This document shows, piece by piece, positions 42,536 to 51,932 of a stretch of 64,000 nt of DNA. Origin of the DNA: Nitrospirota bacterium. GTDB taxonomy: Bacteria; Nitrospirota; UBA9217. A program made the translations under genes and the position numbers. Every line of letters starts with the position of its first letter. The stretch's first letter is position 1. Location: positions 1,024,001 through 1,088,000 of the forward strand of contig CAVVUN010000015.1 of NCBI GenBank assembly GCA_963751455.1. The letters run 5' to 3'. The notes under the pieces were generated by a model. The model was given only the letters and a program-made list of their open reading frames with translations. It made no database searches and had not been told where the DNA came from.

Positions 42536-42847
42536 TTACTTTATACGTGTTTTGTATTTACATTTAGGGCACTCATGGGATGCATTCTCAATTTCAACGA
42601 AATCCTTCGGAATCAGGCTCATGAAGAAAGGGCGACCTGCAGTTGAGCAATTCGGACATGCTGGTTCTTTCACGCCTTGAATGCCTGGAGGAGATTCAAG
42701 ACTGGCTATTTTGTCCTTCAGCATCTTGACTTCGTTTCGCAGAACATCATTTTCTTTCCGGAGTTCATCAACCCATTTATTCAATTCAATGGCGATGGGA
42801 TTTGGGATGTATTGTGAAATCGTCTGAATAATTTTCCTATAGTCCAT
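42536..42847 (-). CDS. Coiled-coil plus Zn-ribbon hypothetical protein
   Basis: CPNC and CPKC; heptad-rich N-terminus. Confidence 0.6.
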   Translation of the reverse strand: MDYRKIIQTISQYIPNPIAIELNKWVDELRKENDVLRNEVKMLKDKIASLESPPGIQGVKEPACPNCSTAGRPFFMSLIPKDFVEIENASHECPKCKYKTRIK

Positions 42848-42876
42848 CGTTCTATTATCCTGTCGTTTGTTTTTAG

Positions 42877-43213
42877 CTACGATATTTTGATCAGACCGAG
42901 ATACTTAAGAAGAAACCAGACCGTTGCCATTATTAGCACTGCATATAGCAGCAACAATGTTAAATGGAATACTCTTTTATATAATGGATGCGTGACATCA
43001 TCTTTCTTATGAATCCATTCAGCACCGGCCTCACCGAATAAATAAAAGGCAGCAATTAAGAAGAGGCCAGCAAGACCGGCATAAAGCGAGGTTGAATGGC
43101 TGAGAATATAAAAGCCGCTGAACATGTCTATGAAGAAACCGAAGACAAGCGGTACGATGATGCCGATGCCGATTACTCGTAATAAGGACTTTGTCTTTTT
43201 TATGGTGTTCCAT
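42877..43213 (-). CDS. Hypothetical membrane protein (5' frameshift)
   Basis: Hydrophobic ORF; start at 43213 rejoins the 42877-43125 frame across a poly-T run. Confidence 0.5.
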
Positions 43214-43240
43214 AGGCTCAGACGTTATATCGAATCAAAA

Positions 43241-43300
43241 AGATAACGCGGCGCTGACTCGCCGCGTTTTGGCGAGTCGAAGTCGAGCGCCAGGTTGGAT
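43241..43300 (-). repeat. attC site
   Basis: AGATAAC GCGGCGCTGACTCGCC..GGCGAGTCGAAGTCGAGCGCCAG GTTGGAT. Confidence 0.88.
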
Positions 43301-43794
43301 CATTTATATTGGACAGGGAAAAGTTTTCCCCATTGAGAGTTGTCATCATATCTATTTAGAAGTTGGTTGGAGCACTTAATATCTTTTGGCATAAATATTT
43401 GCCCGAGTGGCGATGGCGAATTATCGTAATAATACATCCTGCTTTTATCATCTAAGGTTTTAATGGATACCCGTTGCAATATTTCACCATCACACTTATC
43501 AACATTGTCTAAACGTATTTTTCGATAAAGATGAAATATATGTTCTTTAGAGTCGGGGTAAAGTTCAAGCCACAAATCATTAGGGATCTTAGACCAGACC
43601 CGTGTACCCTTGTTTGCTTTTTCAAAATAACCTTCTCGTGTTTTGTTGTATGGGTCAGATTGGAGGAAGGATGCAAGAGAAAAATTTTCAAAATTAACAA
43701 TGGTAATGTGCACGCCACTTGTTTTAGTAATGGTATGCGTGCAGACTATAGCAATGACAAGTAACACAATAACGATTTCTAATCTAAGTTTCAT
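43300..43794 (-). CDS. Hypothetical exported protein (cassette)
   Basis: N-terminal signal/TM segment, GGAGG RBS, stop abutting the attC. Confidence 0.6.
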   Translation of the reverse strand: MKLRLEIVIVLLVIAIVCTHTITKTSGVHITIVNFENFSLASFLQSDPYNKTREGYFEKANKGTRVWSKIPNDLWLELYPDSKEHIFHLYRKIRLDNVDKCDGEILQRVSIKTLDDKSRMYYYDNSPSPLGQIFMPKDIKCSNQLLNRYDDNSQWGKLFPVQYK

Positions 43795-43820
43795 TTTAAA
43801 CCTCCAAGGAGAACGCCAAT

Positions 43821-43982
43821 ATGACAGGATCTATAACAATATCTATTTGGGTTTACTTGCTAAGTGTCATGGCATTAGTCGCATTTAGCGCACCGTTTAT
43901 CGCAGTCGCCTTTAAATGCGCATGGAAATTATATTTGCATGGCTACAAAAATGGGAAAAGACACAATCCAACGCCGCCGTGA
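43821..43982 (+). CDS. Putative 53-aa single-TM peptide, antisense to the array
   Basis: Hand translation MTGSITISIWVYLLSVMALVAFSAPFIAVAFKCAWKLYLHGYKNGKRHNPTPP*, with AAGGAG RBS. Confidence 0.35.
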   Translation: MTGSITISIWVYLLSVMALVAFSAPFIAVAFKCAWKLYLHGYKNGKRHNPTPP

Positions 43983-44024
43983 GGGGCGCGTCTCTCAGCG
44001 ACCCTCTCGACGGCGATGTTGGGT
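43966..44024 (-). repeat. attC site
   Basis: ATCCAAC GCCGCCGTGAGGGG...CCCTCTCGACGGCGAT GTTGGGT. Confidence 0.85.
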
Positions 44025-44179
44025 TCATTGTCATGTATTTCGAGCTGCTCTATCCTGGCTGTCAAGGTTTAGGCGGCATCTCCGCAGATATTACCGGAAC
44101 TAGCGGCACAGGGCGAAAAATGAATTGGAGAAATGAGCCAGCTCGGCGCATTAAAGCGTCAAATTTGACAAGGATTGAA

Positions 44180-44689
44180 TCACGTCAAGTCCAGCGACAT
44201 CATCTTCCGCATTTCATCTTTGGTAAGCAATGCTGAACTATTTACAGCAGTGTCCAACGTTGCTTTGAGAATCTGCCCTTGTGCTGATACAAGAATGCCT
44301 AAAACATAAATTGGTATGCCGATAATGGCGCCCAAGATAATACCGCCAAGGATAAACTGCGCCGACTGTGACCCCGCGACGAAGCCCATCAAAACAATGC
44401 AGCCGCTGATAATAAAGGCGATAAATTTCACTGTAGTTCCAACCGCTGTGATGGTGCGAGCGGTAAGATAGGCATCCGTATAACGTGATACAATGGAACG
44501 GTTGCCTCTCTTGGCTTGTCCCTCTGACCGCGCTGGACTGTAGGAGTCTGGTAGAACGGCAGTTGAATCTGCCTGCTCTTGAGCTGTAAATGCTTCTGTT
44601 GGCAACGAACCATCTCGTCCCGTACCGCAGTTCCAACAACTATCAAAGGTATCCTCACACTCTTCTCTACACTTTTGGCAGTTCCACAT
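44180..44689 (-). CDS. RanBP2-type Zn finger plus two-TM hypothetical protein (cassette)
   Basis: WNCQKC...CWNC; two hydrophobic helices; GAGGAGG RBS. Confidence 0.65.
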   Translation of the reverse strand: MWNCQKCREECEDTFDSCWNCGTGRDGSLPTEAFTAQEQADSTAVLPDSYSPARSEGQAKRGNRSIVSRYTDAYLTARTITAVGTTVKFIAFIISGCIVLMGFVAGSQSAQFILGGIILGAIIGIPIYVLGILVSAQGQILKATLDTAVNSSALLTKDEMRKMMSLDLT

Positions 44690-44766
44690 ATATTACCCTC
44701 CTCATAAGAGTTAAACGTCTGTTGTCCGCCTTGACTGCTGGTTGGCGTAGAGCGGTATTTTACCGG

Positions 44767-44854
44767 AGCCAACGCGCAGATGACCCACGGGCCACTGTGC
44801 ACCGAATAGAACCATACAGGCCGTTCCCCGTTGGAGTCGATCTGCTTGTTGGTG
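44767..44854 (-). repeat. attC site (long form)
   Basis: AGCCAAC GCGCAGATGAC...GTCGATCTGCTT GTTGGTG. Confidence 0.8.
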
Positions 44855-44878
44855 TAATTATCGGACTCAATCCTTATA

Positions 44879-45568
44879 TTATGATTTCTCGACACAAGAT
44901 ATTATACTATTCAACATTGCAAGGATTCGCGTTGCAGGCGGCAAACTGATTTCTCGTAAACGTCCATCCTCGACAAGATAAAACCTGAAATTAGACAAAA
45001 TACCCGTAGATAGCCAGTGACAGAAGGCTTTATATCGAAACTGGAACGTTGTTTCTCGATCTGTATTCGAGGGAAGTGGACTCCAATCTATTAGTTTAGA
45101 TAGAAGTGCCGTCACTATATTTTGTGGATGGTTGTGACATATTAAAACTTCAGCGCCTTTTACATTATTAATATACTTTTGAAGATAAGATGTATTTTGT
45201 GGTGAGAACTGAACTTGACTAGAACTACCATGGGAAATGTGCATACCGATAAATTGAGCCGGGCTTGTCTTTTTGTCCCCTTTTCTCTTGCCATATGCGG
45301 TAATCAAATATTCTTTCGTGTGATCTTTTTCGAGAAATAGACATATCCCGGTTAATGTTGTGTGCCGTCCGTATTTATTGGGAAACTGAAAGAAAGTATC
45401 GTCTGATGAGTTTTTGAGTTTAGTCGAAATATACCGAGCTTGTCCAATGCGCACGCCTGGGATAAATTTAATCTCAGGTTCCCATACAGTCAGTATTTTA
45501 GATGTGATGATTTGATTAAATTCTTCATTTAATCGGGAAAAGAAATCTTTATGAATGTGTGATTCCAT
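44879..45568 (-). CDS. JAB/MPN (JAMM-motif)-like protein
   Basis: Upstream Glu (KEYL), then HNHP...PSNTD with an insertion between H and S. Confidence 0.55.
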   Translation of the reverse strand: MESHIHKDFFSRLNEEFNQIITSKILTVWEPEIKFIPGVRIGQARYISTKLKNSSDDTFFQFPNKYGRHTTLTGICLFLEKDHTKEYLITAYGKRKGDKKTSPAQFIGMHISHGSSSQVQFSPQNTSYLQKYINNVKGAEVLICHNHPQNIVTALLSKLIDWSPLPSNTDRETTFQFRYKAFCHWLSTGILSNFRFYLVEDGRLREISLPPATRILAMLNSIISCVEKS

Positions 45569-45577
45569 AAAACCTCT

Positions 45578-46348
45578 TTACGGTTTGCTCTCAGGGGGGC
45601 GGCTGAGAATAATATCACGTGCAACATTAATTTCCGCTGTAAGACGGTTGGCTCCGGCTACAGCATTATTATCACCGTGGCAGCGATTGGGATGGCTCTC
45701 CAGGACTAATTTTCTGTGAACAGCAATAACGTCTTCATCAGTCGCCGTTGTCGATAAACCGAGAGTCTTGTATGCTTCTTGAAGTTTTGAATGTGGCGAT
45801 TCTGAAGACGGTTGTTTTGTAGATGCAGCAGATAAGCATTCCTCGAAAAATTTAACTGCTCTAGCTGCGCCAAATAATGTCGCCGCCATAATACCAAAAT
45901 CCAAAATTTCTTTGCTCTTGGTTAAAATTGCTGCAGCAATGCTAAAGATGCTTACGGCGAGAGGTTTTTCGTCTGTCTGTAAATCTATCGAGGCTGAGTG
46001 ATATGCGATCAATTTACCGTTCACGAATAAATAGTAGCCAGATGGCGGCTTACCAAACATGTCCAAATTCAACCTGAGGCTGGAAAGCCAGTTGGTAACG
46101 ATAGATTTGGATAAAGAGCTGAATGTTAACTTCACAAGGTCTATGACGCCGATTGGGATGGGAGGCTCATGCCAGTAAGTGAATCGACCGCGAATAATCG
46201 GATGGATCGAATCAGCAGTTGCTCCGGGACTAGCATAAATGATCGTTGTTGGATGTGTGAGAAGGTATAGAAAGGCGTCATCAGACCCTATTATATGTAT
46301 TACATCTTTGTTCGGTCTTATCGGTTTTTCTTCCATTGTCAACGCCAT
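45578..46348 (-). CDS. Thioredoxin-like plus TM plus C-terminal J-domain protein (HPN variant)
   Basis: AYKTLGL...RKLVLESHPNR...AEINVARDII J-domain; PSGYYLFVNGK resembles a Trx-fold C-terminus, no CxxC. Confidence 0.65.
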   Translation of the reverse strand: MALTMEEKPIRPNKDVIHIIGSDDAFLYLLTHPTTIIYASPGATADSIHPIIRGRFTYWHEPPIPIGVIDLVKLTFSSLSKSIVTNWLSSLRLNLDMFGKPPSGYYLFVNGKLIAYHSASIDLQTDEKPLAVSIFSIAAAILTKSKEILDFGIMAATLFGAARAVKFFEECLSAASTKQPSSESPHSKLQEAYKTLGLSTTATDEDVIAVHRKLVLESHPNRCHGDNNAVAGANRLTAEINVARDIILSRPPESKP

Positions 46349-46775
46349 TGTATCCTCATATCATTTATGAATCGTTCTTGCCAGAGTCAACAAGTGTTTG
46401 AAGGGACGGAAACCGCCCCGGTATTTCAAAAAATCCGGTAATACTGGGGTGAAAAATTAATATAATGACGCACCAAAGTGCAAAGCCGGCATGGTAATAT
46501 TTGATCGTAAAAAGTACGGAAATTCGGATTTACTGGGATGAATATTGTGCAACTTTATCTTTGCGAAGTATATTTTATGCGAGTGTGTGTGTCAAGGTGA
46601 AGTTTGAAAGGTCTGTCCAAAAGGTAATGTCCGATATAGATTCCTGATAAAGCTTTTATTGTTGCGTTGGCGTGAAACACAAAAACTACAGGAAGGAATA
46701 AACAGGTGCCGACACAGTATTAATAAAGATGTAATTATGCGTGGCAATGGCGGGGTGATTTGCATCGAGGATTCG

Positions 46776-46952
46776 TCAGCCCTCCAGGCTGAGGTTGTTT
46801 TCTTTGCTCCAACGATGAAGCGCCTCTTCAGTAGCCTTTCGCTCAGAAATGTAGTATGTTTCCCCGGTCTCTTTGTTGAGATAGGCATAATGCTCATGAA
46901 GCGGAGCCATGCTTACAAACAAAAAGGCGTCTTCAATGTCTGAGTATTTCAT
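46776..46952 (-). pseudogene. UPF0158-like protein remnant with an internal deletion
   Basis: Hand translation MKYSDIEDAFLFVS...AYLNKETGETYYISE joined directly to RKATEEALHRWSKENNLSLEG*; family N- and C-termini without the core. Confidence 0.55.
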
Positions 46953-47098
46953 GTTTTATTCGAAGACCAATGAGTCGAGAGCTATGCCGCATGTTTTTCC
47001 TGCAGCGGTTTGAACCCGTCAATCGTCTTTTTTGATTTCAACATGGGAGGTGACGAGGGAGACGAATCGAGTGCGGAGACTTCGGAAAAATCAGCAGA

Positions 47099-47314
47099 TT
47101 ACTTCGATGCCGGCACCAAGTCAGCGACCAAAGGTTTCTGCTTGGCCAGACGGCCGACCTGCATTACGGTAAATCCGAGAATATTGCCTTCGTCATCCAC
47201 GCGTTCCATAATGGCGTCATTATTGGTTTCCTTCATATACCCGGCTTTGTCTGAAAACAAAACCTCTAAAAAATCGCCTTCCGGGTCATACCAGATTTTT
47301 ACTTGCTGGGCCAT
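47099..47314 (-). CDS. DUF2283 family protein (putative antitoxin)
   Basis: KIWYDPEGDFLEV...DDEGNILGFTV. Confidence 0.8.
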   Translation of the reverse strand: MAQQVKIWYDPEGDFLEVLFSDKAGYMKETNNDAIMERVDDEGNILGFTVMQVGRLAKQKPLVADLVPASK

Positions 47315-47610
47315 AATTGTTCTCCCTTCTTGGGTTTATCCGTTAAATATGCTGTCAGGATAAAGATATCTTCTACTGCATACTTTACCACAACACAGAG
47401 CCATTTGTCGCCAACTTTTGTCCGGTAGTAGTAACGGTAATTCAAATTGGTCATTTCGTCAGTTCTGGATCGAATAACCAACTCGGGCTTGCTCACAGTC
47501 TCTTCAATCGCTGACTCCATATTAACCATCTCCGGATGTTCGAGAATATGGTTCAAGCGCTCGTCAGTCAGCCGAACTTTTTCTCCCTGATAATCAGTCA
47601 GGATTTTCAT
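47299..47610 (-). CDS. RelE/BECR-fold (DUF4258/PBECR2-like) putative RNase toxin
   Basis: VRLTDERLNHILEHPEM, LCVVVKY, ILTAY; overlaps the DUF2283 gene. Confidence 0.7.
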   Translation of the reverse strand: MKILTDYQGEKVRLTDERLNHILEHPEMVNMESAIEETVSKPELVIRSRTDEMTNLNYRYYYRTKVGDKWLCVVVKYAVEDIFILTAYLTDKPKKGEQLWPSK

Positions 47611-47997
47611 TTAACGAGAATATTATAAATGGACAGAAATGTAAAGGGGTTCGCGTAATTCTTCATGAAATGTGCAATAGAACAGTAATGGCGCATGTTT
47701 CTGGAAGAAATCTGCTCAACTAAGCCGTCAACTGCTGCACTCAACAACGCTCAAAGCGGGACATTGGGAGAACGGGTCTTTGCCAACGTGCGCGGCAGAC
47801 AAAGGTAGGACGTGAGTTCCCGGCAAATACCTGCGGCTGCAGGAAAATATTGCGGACCTTGTTGGCTCCGACAAGCTCTTTCAGCAACGTCTGGAGTTTT
47901 TTTTCAAGAGGGGTACGAGACGGACTTCTTCTCCAATGAACACAATGCCGATATAGTCGGCTTTTTTTACATCGCTGATTAGAACGCCGGATTCAAA

Positions 47998-48033
47998 TGC
48001 CTACCATTTCAGCATTTGCCTAAAAGATCGTCG
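47998..48033 (+). promoter_or_regulatory. Putative NtrC-type tandem upstream activator sites
   Basis: TGCCTACCATTTCAGCA-N2-TGCCTAAAAGATCGTCG; same architecture at 53110 and 53760. Confidence 0.55.
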
Positions 48034-48129
48034 TTACTATTTATCGCACAAGGTCTCCCGGTTTTTGCACTGGTTAATAACATGCAGTGAAATCAGGTGC
48101 TTTCTCTGATTCCTGATACTGCAAAAGAA

Positions 48130-48145
48130 TGGCATGTGGTTTGCT
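48130..48145 (+). promoter_or_regulatory. sigma54 promoter
   Basis: TGGCATGTGGTTTGCT. Confidence 0.8.
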
Positions 48146-48270
48146 ATAAGACTTGCAAGAAACTGTCGAAGCAGATCGACAAGGAAGGCTCCGGAGGCTT
48201 TCGTATTCATGAAGTCCGTTCCAATATCAGGCAGGAATAACTCATAGTAATAGTTAAGGAGGAGGAAAAA

Positions 48271-49017
48271 ATGAAGAAGATAGCATTGATTTTGGGTTTG
48301 GTGCTTCTGGCAAGCACCGCAGCATTCGCAACGCCGTCGACCACGTACTGGACGCCGATGGTGATGGATATTCAGGGGTACGGTGTATGGCATCTGGGGA
48401 TTGATAACTATTTTACGACGACCAAGAAGGCTGAGTCAGGCGAGCAGGGCGATTTCCCTACGGATTTAGGCTTGACGGTCGGTGTACTGCCCGGCGACAA
48501 GATTCAGATGGAGATCGGTATTGACGCCATGTATCCGTCGGACAATCCGTATTACTTTAACACAAAGATCGGCGCTCCCGAAGGAGCCCTGTTCAAAGGG
48601 GCTCCCGCTCTCCAAGTGGGTGTCTTCAACGTGGGCACAAAGAAAGACGTTACCGATTACAACATCGTCTATGCCGTGATCGGCAAGACCATTCCGGTAT
48701 TGGGAAGGCTGTCCGTTGGACCCTACAGCGGCAACAGCAAGCTGCTGAAGGATAAGAACGGCGAGAAAGAGAACACCGGTTTCATGGTCGCCTTCGATCG
48801 CGGTTTCAAGCCGGCTAAGGACCAGGACGGTGAGTACAACAAGTGGGTAATTGCCGCCGACTATGCCTCAGGAGACAATGCTCTTGGCGGGGGCGGAGCC
48901 GGCATCTATTACTACTTCACCAAGAATATCAGCCTTCTCACCGGCCCGGTGTGGTTCAACGAAAAGGCGATCAACGGGGCGATGAAATGGACTACGCAGC
49001 TGGATATTAATTTTTAA
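48271..49017 (+). CDS. Putative outer-membrane beta-barrel/porin
   Basis: Signal peptide (AFA), amphipathic beta-strands, C-terminal Phe (TQLDINF). Confidence 0.7.
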   Translation: MKKIALILGLVLLASTAAFATPSTTYWTPMVMDIQGYGVWHLGIDNYFTTTKKAESGEQGDFPTDLGLTVGVLPGDKIQMEIGIDAMYPSDNPYYFNTKIGAPEGALFKGAPALQVGVFNVGTKKDVTDYNIVYAVIGKTIPVLGRLSVGPYSGNSKLLKDKNGEKENTGFMVAFDRGFKPAKDQDGEYNKWVIAADYASGDNALGGGGAGIYYYFTKNISLLTGPVWFNEKAINGAMKWTTQLDINF

Positions 49018-49021
49018 ATGA

Positions 49022-49060
49022 AGAAGGTCCGCCGCATTTAGTCTCTGCGGCAGACCTTCT
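49022..49060 (+). terminator. Hairpin between the porin gene and amtB (terminator, attenuator or stability element)
   Basis: AGAAGGTCCGCCGCA...TGCGGCAGACCTTCT. Confidence 0.4.
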
Positions 49061-49086
49061 CTTACGGTTAACTTGGAGGAATTATT

Positions 49087-50436
49087 ATGAAAAAGGTTTT
49101 CAGTATAGTGATGCTCATCGGGATGCTGGCCGATGTGTGCCCTGCCGGTCTTGGCCGAGGAGCCGCAATCAGTACCGCCTGCATCAGGCTCGCGGCTGAT
49201 GCAGCGCCTGCACCGGCGCCGAAGATCGATACCGGCGATACTGCGTGGATGATCGTTGCAACGGCACTGGTCATGCTTATGTCGATACCGGGTCTTGCCC
49301 TGTTCTACGGCGGGCTTGCAAAAAGAAAGGACTCGCTTAACACCATGGCCATGACCTTTATCACCTTCTGTATCGCGAGCCTGCTCTGGGTCATTTACGG
49401 GTATACTTTAACGTTCGGAACGGACATCAGCGGGATCATCGGCAGTGCGAAGAACCTGTTCCTGAGCGGTATCGGGCCTAACAGCATCTCCGATCTGGCA
49501 AAGACGATCCCTGAGTATATTTTCATCATGTACCAGTTGACCTTTGCCGCTATCACGGTCGCCCTGGCAAGCGGCGCTTACATAGAGCGCATGAAGTTTT
49601 CGGCCTGGATTCTCTTTTCAATTCTCTGGATGACCGTCGTCTATGTCCCGGTGGCCCACTGGGTCTGGGGCGGGGGGTTCCTTGCCAAGCTTGGGGCCCT
49701 GGATTTCGCAGGCGGCACTGTCGTCCACATTAACGCGGGTATCGCCGCGCTCGTGGGAGCTTTGGTCCTTGGCAAGCGGCGTGAAAAGGCGATCATCCCG
49801 GGCAACCTGACGCTCGTTCTGACCGGCGCGGGCCTGCTGTGGTTCGGCTGGTTCGGATTCAATGCGGGTTCGGCGCTTGCGGCGAGCGGGCTGGCAGGCG
49901 CGGCGTTCATCAATACCAATACGGCAACAGCAGTAGCGGCGATTTCCTGGATGATCGTCGAATGGATGCATTCCGGAAAACCTACCGTGCTCGGTCTGGC
50001 ATCGGGCGCTGTAGGCGGGCTTGTGGCCATTACCCCGGCGGCAGGGTTCGTAAATATCACGGGCTCGATCATCATCGGGATCGCCGCCGGCGTGATACCT
50101 TTCTTTGCCGTGGCGAAGCTTAAGCCGCTGCTCGGCTATGACGACACGCTTGATGCTTTCGGCATCCATGGCATCGGCGGCACGATCGGGGCGCTTTTGA
50201 CCGGCGTGTTCGCGGACCCGGCTGTCAATGAGTTGGGCAAGGGCCTTCTCTACGGGAATCCCGGTCAGCTCTGGACGCAGTTCATCGCGGTGGCGGTTAC
50301 CGTTGCATACAGCGGCATCATGACCTTTATAATCTTCATGATCATCAAGGCAGTTGTCGGTATCCGGGTCGACGCAGAGGAGGAGTCTGTGGGCCTGGAC
50401 GAGAGCCAGCATGGCGAACGCGCTTACAATCTGTGA
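49087..50436 (+). CDS. amtB: Ammonium transporter
   Basis: [58 protein letters not shown]. Confidence 0.96.
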   Translation: MKKVFSIVMLIGMLADVCPAGLGRGAAISTACIRLAADAAPAPAPKIDTGDTAWMIVATALVMLMSIPGLALFYGGLAKRKDSLNTMAMTFITFCIASLLWVIYGYTLTFGTDISGIIGSAKNLFLSGIGPNSISDLAKTIPEYIFIMYQLTFAAITVALASGAYIERMKFSAWILFSILWMTVVYVPVAHWVWGGGFLAKLGALDFAGGTVVHINAGIAALVGALVLGKRREKAIIPGNLTLVLTGAGLLWFGWFGFNAGSALAASGLAGAAFINTNTATAVAAISWMIVEWMHSGKPTVLGLASGAVGGLVAITPAAGFVNITGSIIIGIAAGVIPFFAVAKLKPLLGYDDTLDAFGIHGIGGTIGALLTGVFADPAVNELGKGLLYGNPGQLWTQFIAVAVTVAYSGIMTFIIFMIIKAVVGIRVDAEEESVGLDESQHGERAYNL

Positions 50437-50525
50437 TAATTCACTAACCGCTCGAATCGCCGGGTGATTGGCTTCGATAAGGCATTCACCGGGAACATCA
50501 TGCTTAACGATGGCGATTTATATGA

Positions 50526-50873
<348 letters not shown>

Positions 50874-50904
50874 GTCCCCATCCTCCCGTATGGAGAAACA
50901 CAGA

Positions 50905-50934
50905 GGGGCCGGTATGCACATGCATGCCGGCCCC
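50905..50934 (+). terminator. Putative terminator hairpin
   Basis: GGGGCCGGTATGCA CA TGCATGCCGGCCCC. Confidence 0.55.
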
Positions 50935-50954
50935 AATTTAAATTAAAGAAAACC

Positions 50955-51121
50955 GTAACTATTCAGCTTCTTTTCAGAACGGCATTAAGACAAATCTGAG
51001 AAAAAGCCTTCTATCCGCAGATTTCGCAGATGGACGCAGATTTTAAAACCAGAATTCGGGTTTTGTTTTTATCTGCGTAATCTGCGTAATCTGCGGATAA
51101 AGAAATGACCTGAGTAGTTAC
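50955..51121. repeat. MITE-like element with GTAACTATTCAG/CTGAGTAGTTAC inverted ends enclosing an inverted 9-mer array
   Basis: Terminal inverted repeats; inner CGCAGAT/ATCTGCG tandem units. Confidence 0.55.
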
Positions 51122-51157
51122 AGAAAAACAAGCTTAAACCAGTCTCACACGGAGGCA

Positions 51158-51258
51158 TAGCCTGTATTCGCGCATGGCACTGCTTAGACTCATTGTCGTA
51201 CCATCTCGCTTAGAAGCGCGTGATGGGAATCAAGGACCTCATAATCACTGGCCACAGG
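51158..51258. mobile_element. Second long copy of the about 100-bp element (inverted relative to 32655)
   Basis: Reverse-complement match to 32655-32757. Confidence 0.7.
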
Positions 51259-51359
51259 CGAAGACACGAAGAATTGAAAAAATTGAAGGGCTTCATTTTC
51301 TTTGTGTGCTCTGTGCCTTTGTGTGAAAATTGGTGTTTTTAGCCCTTCGTTTTGACCGA

Positions 51360-51929
51360 CTACGAACCCAATTCCTTTCCCGCTTCACAGGCTTCTTTCA
51401 GAGCAGTCGGGTGCTTCAGGATGTCCCCCTTGGCGTCGATGCCCAGGTAGTACAGGACTTTGTGCTCGGGTACGCTCACGGTCCTGAAAAAAGCCTTCGC
51501 CGTTTCTTCGGCGCACTTCTGGCTTCCTTCCTTCTTCATCCCGCCGACGAGAAGCAGGAGCCCCTTTCTGCCGTGCGGGCCTGCTGGGAGTTCCTTCTTC
51601 ATGAGGTACTTCTCACACCAGAAAGCCTGGCAGCGGTCGATCATCGCCTTGGTCTGGGCGCTGACGCTCGAGAAAAAAATGGGGGAGGCTAGGATGATCC
51701 TGTCCGCCTGCCTGATCGCATCATAGATCTCGCACATCTCGTCCTTGTGGATGCAGGTCGCGGTTTTGACGCAGCTCCCGCAGTCCTGGCATGGCTTGAT
51801 GGTCATGTCGTTCAGGTTGAAGACGCGTATCTCATGGCCCCCTTCATAGAGCGGCTTCAATGCTTCGTTCAGCAATACCTCGGTGTTGCCGCCCGGTCTG
51901 GGGCTTCCATTGAAGGCTATGATTTTCAA
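51360..51929 (-). CDS. Iron-sulfur flavoprotein/flavodoxin family protein
   Basis: GSPRPGGNT, CQDCGSC-x5-C, ASPIFF, KAMIDR. Confidence 0.88.
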   Translation of the reverse strand: MKIIAFNGSPRPGGNTEVLLNEALKPLYEGGHEIRVFNLNDMTIKPCQDCGSCVKTATCIHKDEMCEIYDAIRQADRIILASPIFFSSVSAQTKAMIDRCQAFWCEKYLMKKELPAGPHGRKGLLLLVGGMKKEGSQKCAEETAKAFFRTVSVPEHKVLYYLGIDAKGDILKHPTALKEACEAGKELGS

Positions 51930-51932
51930 GTC

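Larger units (their letters stand above)
36887..44854 (-). mobile_element. Integron-type gene cassette array with no integrase in the window (CALIN-like)
   Basis: About 10 attC-like palindromes separating short, AT-rich, co-oriented minus-strand genes. Confidence 0.85.

Noticed and set aside
37108-44854. CRISPR array
   Set aside because: The repeats are divergent palindromes separated by gene-sized intervals with attC-type ends; there are no cas genes.
47700-47997. Possible gene fragment or integrase remnant between the TA pair and the porin promoter
   Set aside because: Short interrupted frames with no tyrosine-recombinase or other recognisable motif.
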